Shown here in pieces: positions 10,735-21,136 of a stretch of 30,185 bases of DNA (position 1 is its first letter; every line of letters begins with the position of its first letter). Origin of the DNA: Phaeosaccion multiseriatum. Lineage: Eukaryota > Protista > Ochrophyta, other classes. The stretch is taken from positions 1-30,185 of the forward strand of contig CBCOSG010000005.1 of assembly GCA_965112735.1 (NCBI GenBank), written 5' to 3'. The position numbers were made by a program, and so were the translations under genes. The notes under the pieces were generated by a model. The model made no database searches. It had not been told where the DNA came from and was given only the letters and a program-made list of their open reading frames with translations.

Positions 10735-10860
10735 CCTATTCAATTTAAAGTTTAGATTTATTATATAGGAAATAATTATTAAATTTTTTTGAATACGGCA
10801 TTATTGTCTTGTTTATTATGATAGTAATTGATTTCTTTAATATATGTTGTATTAAAAAAC

Positions 10861-10889
10861 TTTACAAAATGGAAAAAGTATAATATACT
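10861..10889 (+). promoter_or_regulatory. Putative sigma70-type promoter for psaA-psaB-rps14
   Basis: TTTACA-17 nt-TATACT about 90 nt upstream of the psaA ATG. Confidence 0.5.
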
Positions 10890-10979
10890 ATAGTATTGAA
10901 AACTCATTTTCGAATTCTAAAAAAATTCTTCAAATCTTGAGCGTTTCTTATTTTTTTGTTACTAATAAGGAGAACTACA

Positions 10980-13229
10980 ATGAGCTCAAAAGGGCAAGCA
11001 ACAAAAATTAAAGTTTTAGTAGATCGTGATGCTGTTGAAACAAATTTTAAAAAATGGGCAGAACCAGGGCATTTCGCGAGAACCCTAGCTAAAGGTCCAA
11101 AGACAACAACTTGGATTTGGAATCTGCATGCAGATGCACATGATTTTGATATTCAAACAAGTTCTTTAGAAGATGTTTCGAGAAAAATTTTTAGTGCACA
11201 TTTTGGACAACTGTCAATCATTTTTTTATGGTTAAGTGGAATGCATTTTCATGGCGCATATTTTTCCAACTATTTAGCCTGGCTAAATAACCCAACAACT
11301 ATTAAGCCAAGTGCGCAAGTAGTTTGGCCTATTGTTGGACAAGAAATATTAAATGGAGATGTTGGAGGAAATTTCCAAGGTGTACAGATAACATCAGGAT
11401 TCTTTCAACTATGGCGTTCAGAAGGAATTACAAGTGAAATTGAATTATACTGGATCGCAATTGGAGCTTTAGTTATGTCCGGATTAATGCTATTCGGGGG
11501 CTGGTTTCATTACCACAAAGCAGCTCCTAAATTAGAATGGTTTCAAAATGCTGAATCTATGTTAAATCATCATTTATCTGGATTACTTGGGCTTGGTTGT
11601 TTATCATGGGCTGGTCACCAAATCCATATTGCACTTCCAATTAATAAATTGTTAGATGCTGGAGTAGCCTCACAAGAAATTCCTTTACCTCATGAATTTT
11701 TAATTAATAGAGAATTAATAGCACAACTATATCCAAGTTTTTATAAAGGGTTAGTTCCATTTTTCTCTGGTCATTGGAATGATTATTCAGATTTTCTAAC
11801 GTTTAAAGGAGGATTAAATCCTATAACAGGTGGACTGTGGTTGAGTGATATTGCGCACCATCATCTGGCGTTAGCCGTATTATTTATTTTTGCTGGACAT
11901 ATGTACCGAACAAATTGGGGTATTGGTCACAGTATGAAAGAAATTTTAGAATCTCACAAAGGGCCTTTTACAGGTGATGGACACTTAGGGTTATATGAAA
12001 TTTTAACGACATCATGGCATGCTCAATTAGCTATTAATTTAGCTATGTTAGGTTCTTTAAGTATTATTGTTGCACATCATATGTATGCAATGCCGCCATA
12101 TCCGTATATTGCTACAGATTATGCGACACAATTGTCTTTATTTACTCACCATATGTGGATTGGTGGATTTTGTGTTGTTGGTGGAGCTGCACACGGAGCT
12201 ATTTTTATGGTTCGTGATTATAACCCAGCCCAAAATTACAATAATCTATTAGATCGAGTAATTCGTCACCGAGACTCCATTATCTCTCATTTAAATTGGG
12301 TATGTATATTCTTAGGGTTTCATAGTTTTGGACTATACATTCATAATGATACAATGCGTGCTCTAGGTCGTTCACAAGATATGTTTTCTGATACTGCTCT
12401 ACAATTACAACCAATTTTTGCTCAATGGGTTCAAAATATTCATTTATTAGCTCCTGGAAATACAGCTCCTAATGCTTTAACAACAGCAAGTTATGTTTTT
12501 GGAGGAGATATTGTTTCTATTGGATCCAAAATTGCTATCATGCCAATTAAACTGGGCACAGCAGATTTTTTAGTACATCATATTCATGCTTTTACTATTC
12601 ATGTAACTGTTTTGATATTATTAAAAGGTGTTCTTTATGCGCGAAGTTCTAAACTAATTCCGGATAAAGCAAATTTAGGTTTCCGTTTCCCATGTGATGG
12701 TCCTGGTCGTGGTGGTACATGTCAAGTTTCAGCTTGGGATCATGTCTTCTTAGGTTTATTCTGGATGTATAATTCATTATCAATAGTAATTTTTCACTTC
12801 AGTTGGAAAATGCAATCGGATGTTTGGGGTTCAGTTACTCCTACAGGAGTTGTTTCCCATATTACGGGTGGTAATTTTGCACAAAGTGCATTAACTATTA
12901 ATGGATGGTTACGTGACTTTTTATGGTCACAAGCTTCACAAGTTATTCAATCATATGGATCTGCTTTATCAGCTTATGGTTTAATTTTCTTAGGAGCGCA
13001 TTTTATTTGGGCATTTAGTCTTATGTTTTTATTCAGTGGTCGTGGCTATTGGCAAGAGCTTATTGAATCTATTGTGTGGGCACATAATAAATTAAAAGTT
13101 GCTCCGGCTATTCAACCTCGAGCATTAAGTATTACACAAGGTCGTGCAGTAGGTTTGGCACATTATTTATTAGGTGGTATTGGTACGACATGGGCATTCT
13201 TTTTAGCAAGAATTATTTCGGTAGGATAA
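10980..13229 (+). CDS. psaA: Photosystem I P700 apoprotein A1
   Basis: [28 protein letters not shown]; start placed at ATG 10980 behind the AAGGAG Shine-Dalgarno. Confidence 0.99.
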   Translation: MSSKGQATKIKVLVDRDAVETNFKKWAEPGHFARTLAKGPKTTTWIWNLHADAHDFDIQTSSLEDVSRKIFSAHFGQLSIIFLWLSGMHFHGAYFSNYLAWLNNPTTIKPSAQVVWPIVGQEILNGDVGGNFQGVQITSGFFQLWRSEGITSEIELYWIAIGALVMSGLMLFGGWFHYHKAAPKLEWFQNAESMLNHHLSGLLGLGCLSWAGHQIHIALPINKLLDAGVASQEIPLPHEFLINRELIAQLYPSFYKGLVPFFSGHWNDYSDFLTFKGGLNPITGGLWLSDIAHHHLALAVLFIFAGHMYRTNWGIGHSMKEILESHKGPFTGDGHLGLYEILTTSWHAQLAINLAMLGSLSIIVAHHMYAMPPYPYIATDYATQLSLFTHHMWIGGFCVVGGAAHGAIFMVRDYNPAQNYNNLLDRVIRHRDSIISHLNWVCIFLGFHSFGLYIHNDTMRALGRSQDMFSDTALQLQPIFAQWVQNIHLLAPGNTAPNALTTASYVFGGDIVSIGSKIAIMPIKLGTADFLVHHIHAFTIHVTVLILLKGVLYARSSKLIPDKANLGFRFPCDGPGRGGTCQVSAWDHVFLGLFWMYNSLSIVIFHFSWKMQSDVWGSVTPTGVVSHITGGNFAQSALTINGWLRDFLWSQASQVIQSYGSALSAYGLIFLGAHFIWAFSLMFLFSGRGYWQELIESIVWAHNKLKVAPAIQPRALSITQGRAVGLAHYLLGGIGTTWAFFLARIISVG

Positions 13230-13251
13230 AAATAAAAAGATAAAAATTATT

Positions 13252-15456
13252 ATGGCAACTAAATTTCCAAAATTTAGCCAAGCCCTTGCACAAGATCCAA
13301 CAACACGAAGAATTTGGTACGGAATTGCAACGGCGCATGACTTTGAAACTCATGATGGTATGACGGAAGAAACTTTGTATCAAAAAATATTTGCTTCTCA
13401 TTTTGGGCATTTAGCAATAATATTCCTTTGGACATCCGGTAATTTATTTCATGTAGCTTGGCAAGGAAATTTTGAACAATGGGTACTTAATCCATTAAAA
13501 GTTAAACCTATTGCTCATACGATTTGGGATCCTCATTTTGGTGAACCAGCAATTAAAGCATTTACGAAAGGAGGAGCATTTTATCCAGTAAATATTGCTT
13601 ACTCTGGAGTTTATCATTGGTGGTATACAATTGGGATGAGAACAAACAATGATTTATATAGAGGTTCTTTAGGACTAATATTATTATCAATATTATTATT
13701 GTTTGCTGGATGGGTACATTTACAACCTAAATTCCGTCCTAGTTTATCTTGGTTTAAGAATAATGAATCTCGATTAAATCATCATCTTTCTGGCTTATTT
13801 GGAGTGAGTTCACTTGCTTGGACAGGCCACTTAGTCCATGTAGCAATTCCTGCGTCACGTGGGATTAGAGTTGATTGGAACAATTTTTTAACAACTCCTC
13901 CTTATTCTGAAGGATTAACACCCTTTTTTAATGGTAACTGGAGTATTTATGCTCAAAACCCTGACAGTGGAAATCATATTTTTGGAACTAGTACAGGTGC
14001 AGGAACAGCAATTTTAACTTTTTTAGGTGGATTTCATCCTCAATCACAATCACTTTGGTTAACTGATATTGCACACCATCATTTAGCAATTGCTGTTGTT
14101 TTCATTGTTGCTGGACACATGTATCGTACTAATTTTAATATTGGACATGATATGAAAGAAATCTTAGATGCACACCGTCCTCCAGGTGGTCGTCTAGGAG
14201 CAGGTCATAGAAATCTATTTGTTACAATTACAGAATCTTTACATATGCAGTTAGGTTTAGCGTTAGCATCTTTAGGAGTTGCTACTTCTTTAGTAGCTCA
14301 ACATATGTATGCAATTCCTCCTTATGCTTTCATGGCCAAAGATTTTACAACTCAAGCAGCGTTATATACACATCATCAATATATAGCTGGATTTTTAATG
14401 GTAGGGGCATTTGCCCATGGTGCAATTTTCTTTGTCCGAGATTATGATCCTGAGCTGAATAAAAACAATGTGTTAGCTAGAATGCTAGAACATAAAGAGG
14501 CTATTATTTCTCATTTAAGTTGGGTGAGTTTATTTTTAGGTTTTCATACATTGGGGCTTTATATTCATAATGATACGGTTGTGGCTTTTGGTCAACCTGA
14601 AAAACAAATTTTAATCGAACCAGTATTTGCACAATTTATTCAAGCAGCTTCGGGAAAAGCTTTATACGGTTTTGATGTTTTATTATCTTCTTCACAAAGT
14701 CCAGCAGCTAGTGCAAGCAGTGAAATTTGGCTTCCTGGTTGGTTAGACGCTGTAAATAATGATAAAAATAGTTTATTCTTAACTATTGGGCCTGGAGATT
14801 TTTTAGTCCATCATGCCATTGCGTTAGGTTTACATACTACTACATTAATTCTAGTTAAAGGTGCTCTTGATGCGCGTGGATCAAAATTAATGCCAGATAA
14901 AAAAGATTTTGGTTATAGTTTCCCTTGTGATGGTCCAGGGCGTGGTGGTACATGTGACATTTCTGCATGGGATGCTTTCTATTTAGCTATGTTCTGGATG
15001 TTAAATACTATTGGATGGGTAACTTTTTATTGGCATTGGAAACATGTAACTATATGGCAAGGAAACGCTGCTCAATTTAATGAATCCTCAAATTATTTAA
15101 TGGGTTGGTTACGTGATTATCTATGGTTAAATTCATCGCCATTAATTAACGGTTACAATCCATATGGAATGAATAGCTTATCTGTGTGGGCTTGGATGTT
15201 CTTGTTTGGTCATTTAGTTTGGGCAACAGGTTTTATGTTCCTAATTTCATGGCGTGGCTATTGGCAAGAGTTAATTGAAACTTTAGTATGGGCTCATGAA
15301 CGAACTCCATTAGCTAATTTATTACGTTGGAAAGATAAGCCAGTTGCTTTATCTATTGTTCAAGCTCGATTAGTTGGATTAGCTCACTTCACAGTAGGTT
15401 ATATCTTAACTTATGCAGCTTTTGTAATTGCATCAACAGCTGGTAAATTTGGTTAA
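13252..15456 (+). CDS. psaB: Photosystem I P700 apoprotein A2
   Basis: [35 protein letters not shown]. Confidence 0.99.
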   Translation: MATKFPKFSQALAQDPTTRRIWYGIATAHDFETHDGMTEETLYQKIFASHFGHLAIIFLWTSGNLFHVAWQGNFEQWVLNPLKVKPIAHTIWDPHFGEPAIKAFTKGGAFYPVNIAYSGVYHWWYTIGMRTNNDLYRGSLGLILLSILLLFAGWVHLQPKFRPSLSWFKNNESRLNHHLSGLFGVSSLAWTGHLVHVAIPASRGIRVDWNNFLTTPPYSEGLTPFFNGNWSIYAQNPDSGNHIFGTSTGAGTAILTFLGGFHPQSQSLWLTDIAHHHLAIAVVFIVAGHMYRTNFNIGHDMKEILDAHRPPGGRLGAGHRNLFVTITESLHMQLGLALASLGVATSLVAQHMYAIPPYAFMAKDFTTQAALYTHHQYIAGFLMVGAFAHGAIFFVRDYDPELNKNNVLARMLEHKEAIISHLSWVSLFLGFHTLGLYIHNDTVVAFGQPEKQILIEPVFAQFIQAASGKALYGFDVLLSSSQSPAASASSEIWLPGWLDAVNNDKNSLFLTIGPGDFLVHHAIALGLHTTTLILVKGALDARGSKLMPDKKDFGYSFPCDGPGRGGTCDISAWDAFYLAMFWMLNTIGWVTFYWHWKHVTIWQGNAAQFNESSNYLMGWLRDYLWLNSSPLINGYNPYGMNSLSVWAWMFLFGHLVWATGFMFLISWRGYWQELIETLVWAHERTPLANLLRWKDKPVALSIVQARLVGLAHFTVGYILTYAAFVIASTAGKFG

Positions 15457-15481
15457 CTTTTTTTACTAATTGAAATTCGAA

Positions 15482-15510
15482 CCAGATAAAAAAATAAAAA
15501 TTTTATCTGG
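15482..15510 (+). terminator. Stem-loop 3' of psaB
   Basis: ccagataaaa / ttttatctgg, 10-bp stem. Confidence 0.55.
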
Positions 15511-15542
15511 GTAAAATAAATATAAATAAAAACAAATTTTAA

Positions 15543-15845
15543 ATGGCAAAAATATCGATAGTACGGCGCAATAATAAAAGAAAAAAATTAGTTCAAAAAT
15601 ATTCTTTAGAAAGACAATCTCTTTTAAAAAAATTAAAAGAAACAGAAACGCTCCGATCGAAATTAAATATTCAAAAAGCTTTACAACAATTACCTAGAAA
15701 CAGTTCTAAAGTTCGGGTAAGGAATAGATGTTGGTTAACAGGCCGAGGAAATGGTGTTTATCGTGATTTTGGATTATGTCGCCATATGATTAAAAAAATG
15801 GCTCATAATTGTTTTTTACCTGGTCTCCGCAAAGCAAGTTGGTAA
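15543..15845 (+). CDS. rps14: 30S ribosomal protein S14
   Basis: LPRNSS..RVRNRCWLTGR..GVYRDFGLCRH..LPGLRKASW. Confidence 0.98.
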   Translation: MAKISIVRRNNKRKKLVQKYSLERQSLLKKLKETETLRSKLNIQKALQQLPRNSSKVRVRNRCWLTGRGNGVYRDFGLCRHMIKKMAHNCFLPGLRKASW

Positions 15846-15931
15846 ATATTAGAATAAAAAAATTTAGATAGTCAAATTAAATGAAAATGTAGAAAGTATT
15901 TATTATACTTTTTCATTTCTATATTTAATAA

Positions 15932-16063
15932 TTAGAATAAACCAAATTGGTCTAAACCAATCTGATCTGAACGGCGGTATTGTAAATAAGCAACAACAAA
16001 TAAACCAATTAAAGTGACTGGAATAAGACCAAGAACCATTCCAAATAAAAGAGGTTCAATCAT
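15932..16063 (-). CDS. petG: Cytochrome b6f subunit V (PetG), C-terminally extended
   Basis: Manual translation [43 protein letters not shown]. Confidence 0.96.
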   Translation of the reverse strand: MIEPLLFGMVLGLIPVTLIGLFVVAYLQYRRSDQIGLDQFGLF

Positions 16064-16161
16064 AAAAAAGTAAGTATTATAACTATCGAGTAATCGATTT
16101 ATTGTATAGACAAAAATTTAATATCGACTCATTAATTTTATATTAAAAATTTTATTTTTTA

Positions 16162-16296
16162 TTAACGGAAACCTACAGCAGCTTGCCAGACAAAAGCTAA
16201 TAATAAGAAAAATACTGGAACAGCCGGTAAGATATCAACAATAGGACTAAAAATTACATAAGCGTCAGGCAATTTCGTTAATACTATACTTTCCAT
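16162..16296 (-). CDS. psbK: Photosystem II protein K
   Basis: Manual translation [44 protein letters not shown]. Confidence 0.98.
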   Translation of the reverse strand: MESIVLTKLPDAYVIFSPIVDILPAVPVFFLLLAFVWQAAVGFR

Positions 16297-16469
16297 AATA
16301 ATTTGACCCTAATTAGAAAAAAATAATTATAATAATTTGTTTAATGAAATAAACTTATGTATGAATATACTACCCTTAAAAGTTATTAAAGAATAAAAGA
16401 AACGGATGTTATTTTTTAAATAACCAACTATATTATATAACATACTACATTATTATTATAAAACCCTAT

Positions 16470-16670
16470 ATGTCATCGGCAATTGTTATTCAAATTTTAA
16501 CAAGTCTATTTATTTTACTATCTATAGGTTTAGGTCTTACAGTTCCAGTAGCTTTAGCAATTCCAGGTCGGTGGAATCCTACCTATAAAAGTAGACTTAT
16601 AAAGTCTACAAGTGTTTGGACTTTATTAATTATTTTAATTACGTTCTTTAACACTTTCGCAACTACTTAA
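16470..16670 (+). CDS. psbZ: Photosystem II protein Z (Ycf9)
   Basis: Two TM helices, VPVALAIPGRW loop, SVWTLL; 66 aa. Confidence 0.82.
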   Translation: MSSAIVIQILTSLFILLSIGLGLTVPVALAIPGRWNPTYKSRLIKSTSVWTLLIILITFFNTFATT

Positions 16671-16946
16671 GCTTAGCTTAGATGGGAATTTTTTAGGAAT
16701 CCAGTATTAAAATTATTATATTTGAATAATTAAAAAACGTACAATTTAGTACTACGTAATAAATATATAATGTATACGAACAATATTTGCTAAATATTAA
16801 GGGAAAATTAAATTTAGAAGCTTGTCTAAGTAATTAAATACTTAATAAAAAAAAATTTAAACATACAGGAAAGGAAAAATAAATTATACAAATAATTGTT
16901 ATTAAAATAACTAATTATAAATAATAGATAGTCTGGAGAAATAATT

Positions 16947-17264
16947 TTGAATAATTCTATTTTATTAGTTAAAATACTTAAAAAACCACAGCAAGTTTTT
17001 TTCAGCAACGATATTATGTCTGCGGAAGTTCTTGTACGTTTTCGTTGCCCAATAAATTATCAAATTTATAATATTGGTCTTGCTGTGTTCTGGGGTAGCT
17101 CAGCTACTATCCTTTTAGAATATTATAAAAAAAATGATTATATCATACTAGAGGGTACTGTTGGATTTAAAAAAGTTTTTTTAGATGATAATGGTAAGAA
17201 CAGCCCAAAAGATTTAGAAATATCAGTCTTAAATTTTCACCCTTTTCTGATTAGTAGTTATTAA
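16947..17264 (+). CDS. ycf41: Ycf41 (SSB-like OB-fold protein), TTG start
   Basis: [15 protein letters not shown]..., [17 protein letters not shown]; GGAG 8 nt upstream of the TTG. Confidence 0.85.
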   Translation: MNNSILLVKILKKPQQVFFSNDIMSAEVLVRFRCPINYQIYNIGLAVFWGSSATILLEYYKKNDYIILEGTVGFKKVFLDDNGKNSPKDLEISVLNFHPFLISSY

Positions 17265-17314
17265 AAAGAATAATAATAACAGTATCGGTAATAAAAAAAA
17301 TAATAAAAAAAAAT

Positions 17315-17763
17315 ATGGATTTTATCAAACCTTATAATAATGATCCTTCTGTAGGACATTTATCTACACCTATTACAACATCGGCAGTAACAAATATAAT
17401 TTTATCAAATTTACCAGCATATCGTCCTAATATGTCACCAATTCTTCGTGGTTTAGAAGTAGGTATGGCCCATGGGTATTTATTACTTGGTCCATTTAAT
17501 ACATTGGGACCGTTAAGAAATTCTAAATTTAGTCTTATGGTTGCTGTTTTATCTACTATTGGCCTAGTAACAATTTTAACACTTTGTTTAGTTATCTACG
17601 GAAAAGTGACATTTAAACCTGAGGATGAAAAAGTCGTTGGCATGAGTTATTTAATACTCGACCATGGGAAAATTTTACTTCTGGTTTTCTAATCGGAGCC
17701 TATGGAGGAGTTGGTTTTGGCTATGTAATATTATTAACTTTACAATCAGGGGGTAATTCATAA
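17315..17763 (+). CDS. psaL: Photosystem I subunit XI (PsaL), interrupted by a 1-nt frameshift at about 17628-17632
   Basis: [32 protein letters not shown]; last TM helix [20 protein letters not shown] lies in another frame, ending TAA 17761-17763. Confidence 0.93.
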
Positions 17764-18065
17764 TGAATACGGCAACAAATAAAAAAACGCCTACTCAAAA
17801 CAGTAGTAAAGAATATATTTTTACAGAAATCGCTCGCATTGTGTCAGCGCATTTGTGTGTAGAATCGTCATCTATTGTCTCAGATTCTAACTTCTCAGAT
17901 TTAGGTGCTGATTCTTTAGATATTGTAGAAATGGTGATGTCTATGGAAGAAGCCTTTGGTATTCCAATGCGAGACCTGAAAGCATTAGATATTGAAACTG
18001 TTGGTCAGGCTGTTTCTTTTGTGCAAAAAAGATTAACCGCGAAAATTGTTAATGAGACGAAATAA
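17763..18065 (+). CDS. acpP: Acyl carrier protein
   Basis: DLGADSLDIVEMVMSMEEAFGI phosphopantetheine-site motif. Confidence 0.96.
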   Translation: MNTATNKKTPTQNSSKEYIFTEIARIVSAHLCVESSSIVSDSNFSDLGADSLDIVEMVMSMEEAFGIPMRDLKALDIETVGQAVSFVQKRLTAKIVNETK

Positions 18066-18094
18066 TAAGACGAAAAAAAAATAATTCAATATGC

Positions 18095-18122
18095 TTGACA
18101 TATCAAAGATAACCAATATACT
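18095..18122 (+). promoter_or_regulatory. Sigma70-like promoter with no intact downstream gene
   Basis: TTGACA-16 nt-TATACT. Confidence 0.45.
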
Positions 18123-18140
18123 GATATAACGCTTTACAGC

Positions 18141-18174
18141 ACTATACATACAAAATATTATTTGTATGTATAGT
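18141..18174. terminator. Perfect 14-bp hairpin
   Basis: actatacatacaaa-atatta-tttgtatgtatagt. Confidence 0.65.
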
Positions 18175-18681
18175 AAAAATTCATTAAATTAAAAAAATAA
18201 GTATTTCTGCAAAATTCATAAAGAAATGGGATACTAGTAAAGCTTCACTTCATTCAAGATACGAATATTAATAATTTAAAGTATGTTTATTCTTTGTAAT
18301 AAATTAGTAATATTAGTCTAATCGTATTGCTGAAATAGCTTTACGGATTGAAAAAATATTTTTTAATTTTGGTTTTCTATTGATTAGGTAAGTAAGGGAG
18401 GCATGTGATTTTGAAAAAACTCTTTAAATAAAAAAAATATTTTGAGTTTTATAGGACTAAAAGTTTTGAAAGCTTTAACTCCAACTTCAAACTCATGTTA
18501 AATTTTGATCTATTTTTGAAAAAAAAAAACAGGTCTTTTTTTTAGGTGAGAAATCAATGCATTATATCCTTAATTTCCCCGCAGTACAAGACTTTAATAG
18601 AATTGGAAGATGCTTCTATCTATTTAAAACTGAAAAGAAAATTCTTCAATAGTCTAACCATGAATAGATTTTTAATATTTT

Positions 18682-20220
18682 CTAGAATATTTCGTAGAAT
18701 CATATGATCTTACTTTGTCCAATTCTTAGAGGAACGAGTTTATTAGTTTCGTATACTTTTCGAGATTTAGTAACTAATTTAAATTTATTTTTGATTCAAT
18801 TATCCTGTTGTAATTGATGAAATAATTCAACAATTAGTTTTTTATTTAATGTTTGCTTGGTTTTGTGTAGAAACATTGAATTGGTCTAAAAAGTCTGTTG
18901 CATGGAATACCTTTTCTAAACTATTAGTACTCATACACTGGATAATTTGAAGCTTTACTTGCAATTGGTAATTTGTTTGATAAATAATAAACGAAGAGGG
19001 GGAAAGAAAATGGATAGTGATACCAATACAACTGCTCGGCTATAAGAATTTTGGTAACCAAATACTTATGTTCTTTTTATATTTCTACAAAAGTAGTGGA
19101 CGCTACACTTCGAAAGTAATCATCAGAAAAAATAGTAATATCAGGAGTGTTATGCTTAAGATCTTGTAAAAAGTTTCAAATTTGTGTTGAGTGGTAGTTA
19201 TTATTGTTCTTGATTTTGGTAAAATCCATAAACTCTTTTACTGGTAACTGTATAAGATAATATTTTTGTGATAATAAATATTTTATAAAATATGGTCTGC
19301 GTCGACTAAAAGATAAGAATTGAAGTAACCAGAAAACAGATTTCTGATTCTCAATAATCTACAAATTATTGCTTGGTAAATAACTAGTAACTAAAGAATC
19401 AATAGATTTGTGAGTTTTTCTAGAATAATGAATAAGCCAATTAGTATATAAATCATCAAGAACTAATACTTTCTTGGAATGTTCATAAAAATATTATGTT
19501 AGTATGTCTTCGAAATTATTTGGATGATTCATAAATAAAAAATCTTGTAAGATTGTTTTTTTCATTTCCAATCCAAACCGTAAACCATTTCGTTTCTCAT
19601 AAACACGATAATAATTTGGGCTTTTTCTAAACCCGATTCGTAAAATGAAGCCTTGATGATTTCGAGTATATTCAACAATATTTTTTTTTTGATCTAAGAA
19701 ATGCTTTCCGACAACACTTATTCATAAATGATTCTAAATCACCTTTTTACTCATTAGACTTTCTTTCTCAAAAATAACAAAGATCAAATCGACTAAAACT
19801 GAGCCTATATAATTTAAAAATATTCCAATCGAATTTTTGTGCCCGTAGAGCTTTGTAAATTTGAGTAGCATTCTTTCCAGAGAAATCTATTTTGGTTCCA
19901 ACCTAAAAACTTTTGGCTTCAGGGTTATATTCGTGCTGCCTAAAAAAAACTTTAAATTGATTTTGTCTAGCATAATTGGAAGACTCCGATTTTCATTTGC
20001 TGTTGATTCTTTTTACAACAGTAAAATTAAATCCGAAGTTTTGAAATAAATAGTTTGCAATTGATTTTGGATTTATCAAACCTTGAATGTTGAAAAGAAG
20101 ATAATCAACTTGTAAATTTGTAGATTCGAAACTTAATTTTTTTTTTTTAATAAGTTTACTTAGGGATAAATGAGTCTGAATAACTAATTGATCTATATTC
20201 TTTTTCTCGTATTTTATTAA
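18682..20220 (-). pseudogene. Decayed plasmid-type replication initiator (Rep_trans-like), about 500 codons
   Basis: Manual translation through about 10 stops and 3 frameshifts: LSFESTNLQVDYLLFN..GTKIDFSGKNA..SRFDLCYF..LRIGFRKSPNYYRVYEKRNGLRFGLEMK..YTNWL..LLQFLSF..YHYPFSFP..FYEIF*; 5' boundary approximate. Confidence 0.8.
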
Positions 20221-20335
20221 TCCTGAGCTATAGGAAATATCTAAAAGTGAGCTGCTAATTTATTTATTGATTTATCCATGCGATAAGATTTAGACTTGTC
20301 TCTTTATTAAGATCACAAGATTTATTTTTCTATAA

Positions 20336-20407
20336 AGGCGGTACTCAGATTTGAACTGAGGAATTTCGGCTTTGCAGACCACTGCCTTACCACTTGGCTA
20401 TACCACC
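20336..20407 (-). tRNA. trnC: tRNA-Cys(GCA)
   Basis: GGTGGTA-TAGCCAAGTGGTAAGGC...CT-GCA-AA...CTCAG-TTCAAAT-CTGAG-TACCGCC-T. Confidence 0.93.
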
Positions 20408-20542
20408 ATTTATTTTTATATTTTAATCGCAGGGAAACTTACTAAAAAAAAAGACGTTGTGTCCAGTCTTGATTTGAATGGTTATAATAATTAAACACTA
20501 GAAGTAGTTTTTAATTATTATATTCACCATTTTATATATTAT

Positions 20543-20962
20543 TTAGTATCTTTCACCAGATGGACGACTTTGAACAGAATAACTGTTAAGAGTGTATTGA
20601 ATATTACGACCCGCAGTTTCAGTTCTATCTAAGTAGAAACCAGGTTCTTGTTGTGGGCGTGAAACAATATATGACATAACACAACTTTCAGTACCAATAC
20701 TTGCATCGAAAGCATTAATTTTGATGTAACCAGTAGTATTAACTCTACGGCACTCAGCTAATTCATACATTACTGCAGCAGAATCTTTAATATCAAACAA
20801 TGGAAGACCCCATAATTCCCAGTAGCAGTTACGTGGATGTGGATCATCTGTCCATTCAACACTAATTGCCCACCCGTTATTGATGGCATATTCTACTTGT
20901 TTTTTAATTTGTGCATCATCTAAATCGTTTAAAAATGAAAAACAACCTTGTGTAAGTCTCAC
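20543..20962 (-). CDS. rbcS: RuBisCO small subunit, form ID (GTG start)
   Basis: MRLTQGCFSFL, WTDDPHPRN.YWELWGLPLFD, C-terminal GERY. Confidence 0.99.
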   Translation of the reverse strand: MRLTQGCFSFLNDLDDAQIKKQVEYAINNGWAISVEWTDDPHPRNCYWELWGLPLFDIKDSAAVMYELAECRRVNTTGYIKINAFDASIGTESCVMSYIVSRPQQEPGFYLDRTETAGRNIQYTLNSYSVQSRPSGERY

Positions 20963-21136
20963 TATTCAAGTTCCCCTAGTTATTTATTTTATTAATTTTT
21001 TTTTATTTTGTTCTTTTTATTTAACTTTTCTATATCTTGCAATTATTATTTCATATAAAAATTGCAATTATCTAGTCTATAAGATGGTATTAAAAATTTT
21101 TATTTTGATTTAGTTAGTTATTACTATATTCTTTAA

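Noticed and set aside
10956-10979. TTG start for psaA given by the ORF track
   Set aside because: The AAGGAG SD lies downstream of it and is correctly spaced for ATG 10980.
12067-13410. Small ORFs 12067-12252 and 13213-13410
   Set aside because: Out-of-frame or antisense overlaps of psaA/psaB.
16826-17008. 60-aa minus-strand ORF
   Set aside because: Overlaps ycf41 antisense; low-complexity AT-rich translation.
18394-18415. Possible second att copy of the trnC 3' end (aagggaggcatgtgattttgaa)
   Set aside because: Only about 13 of 22 positions match; not distinguishable from chance.
19861-20049. 62-aa plus-strand ORF
   Set aside because: Antisense shadow of the Rep-like pseudogene.
18682-20220. 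Alternative genetic code (UGA=Trp) or read-through making the Rep-like gene intact
   Set aside because: All three stop types and several frameshifts occur, and TGG is used for Trp; ordinary decay explains it.
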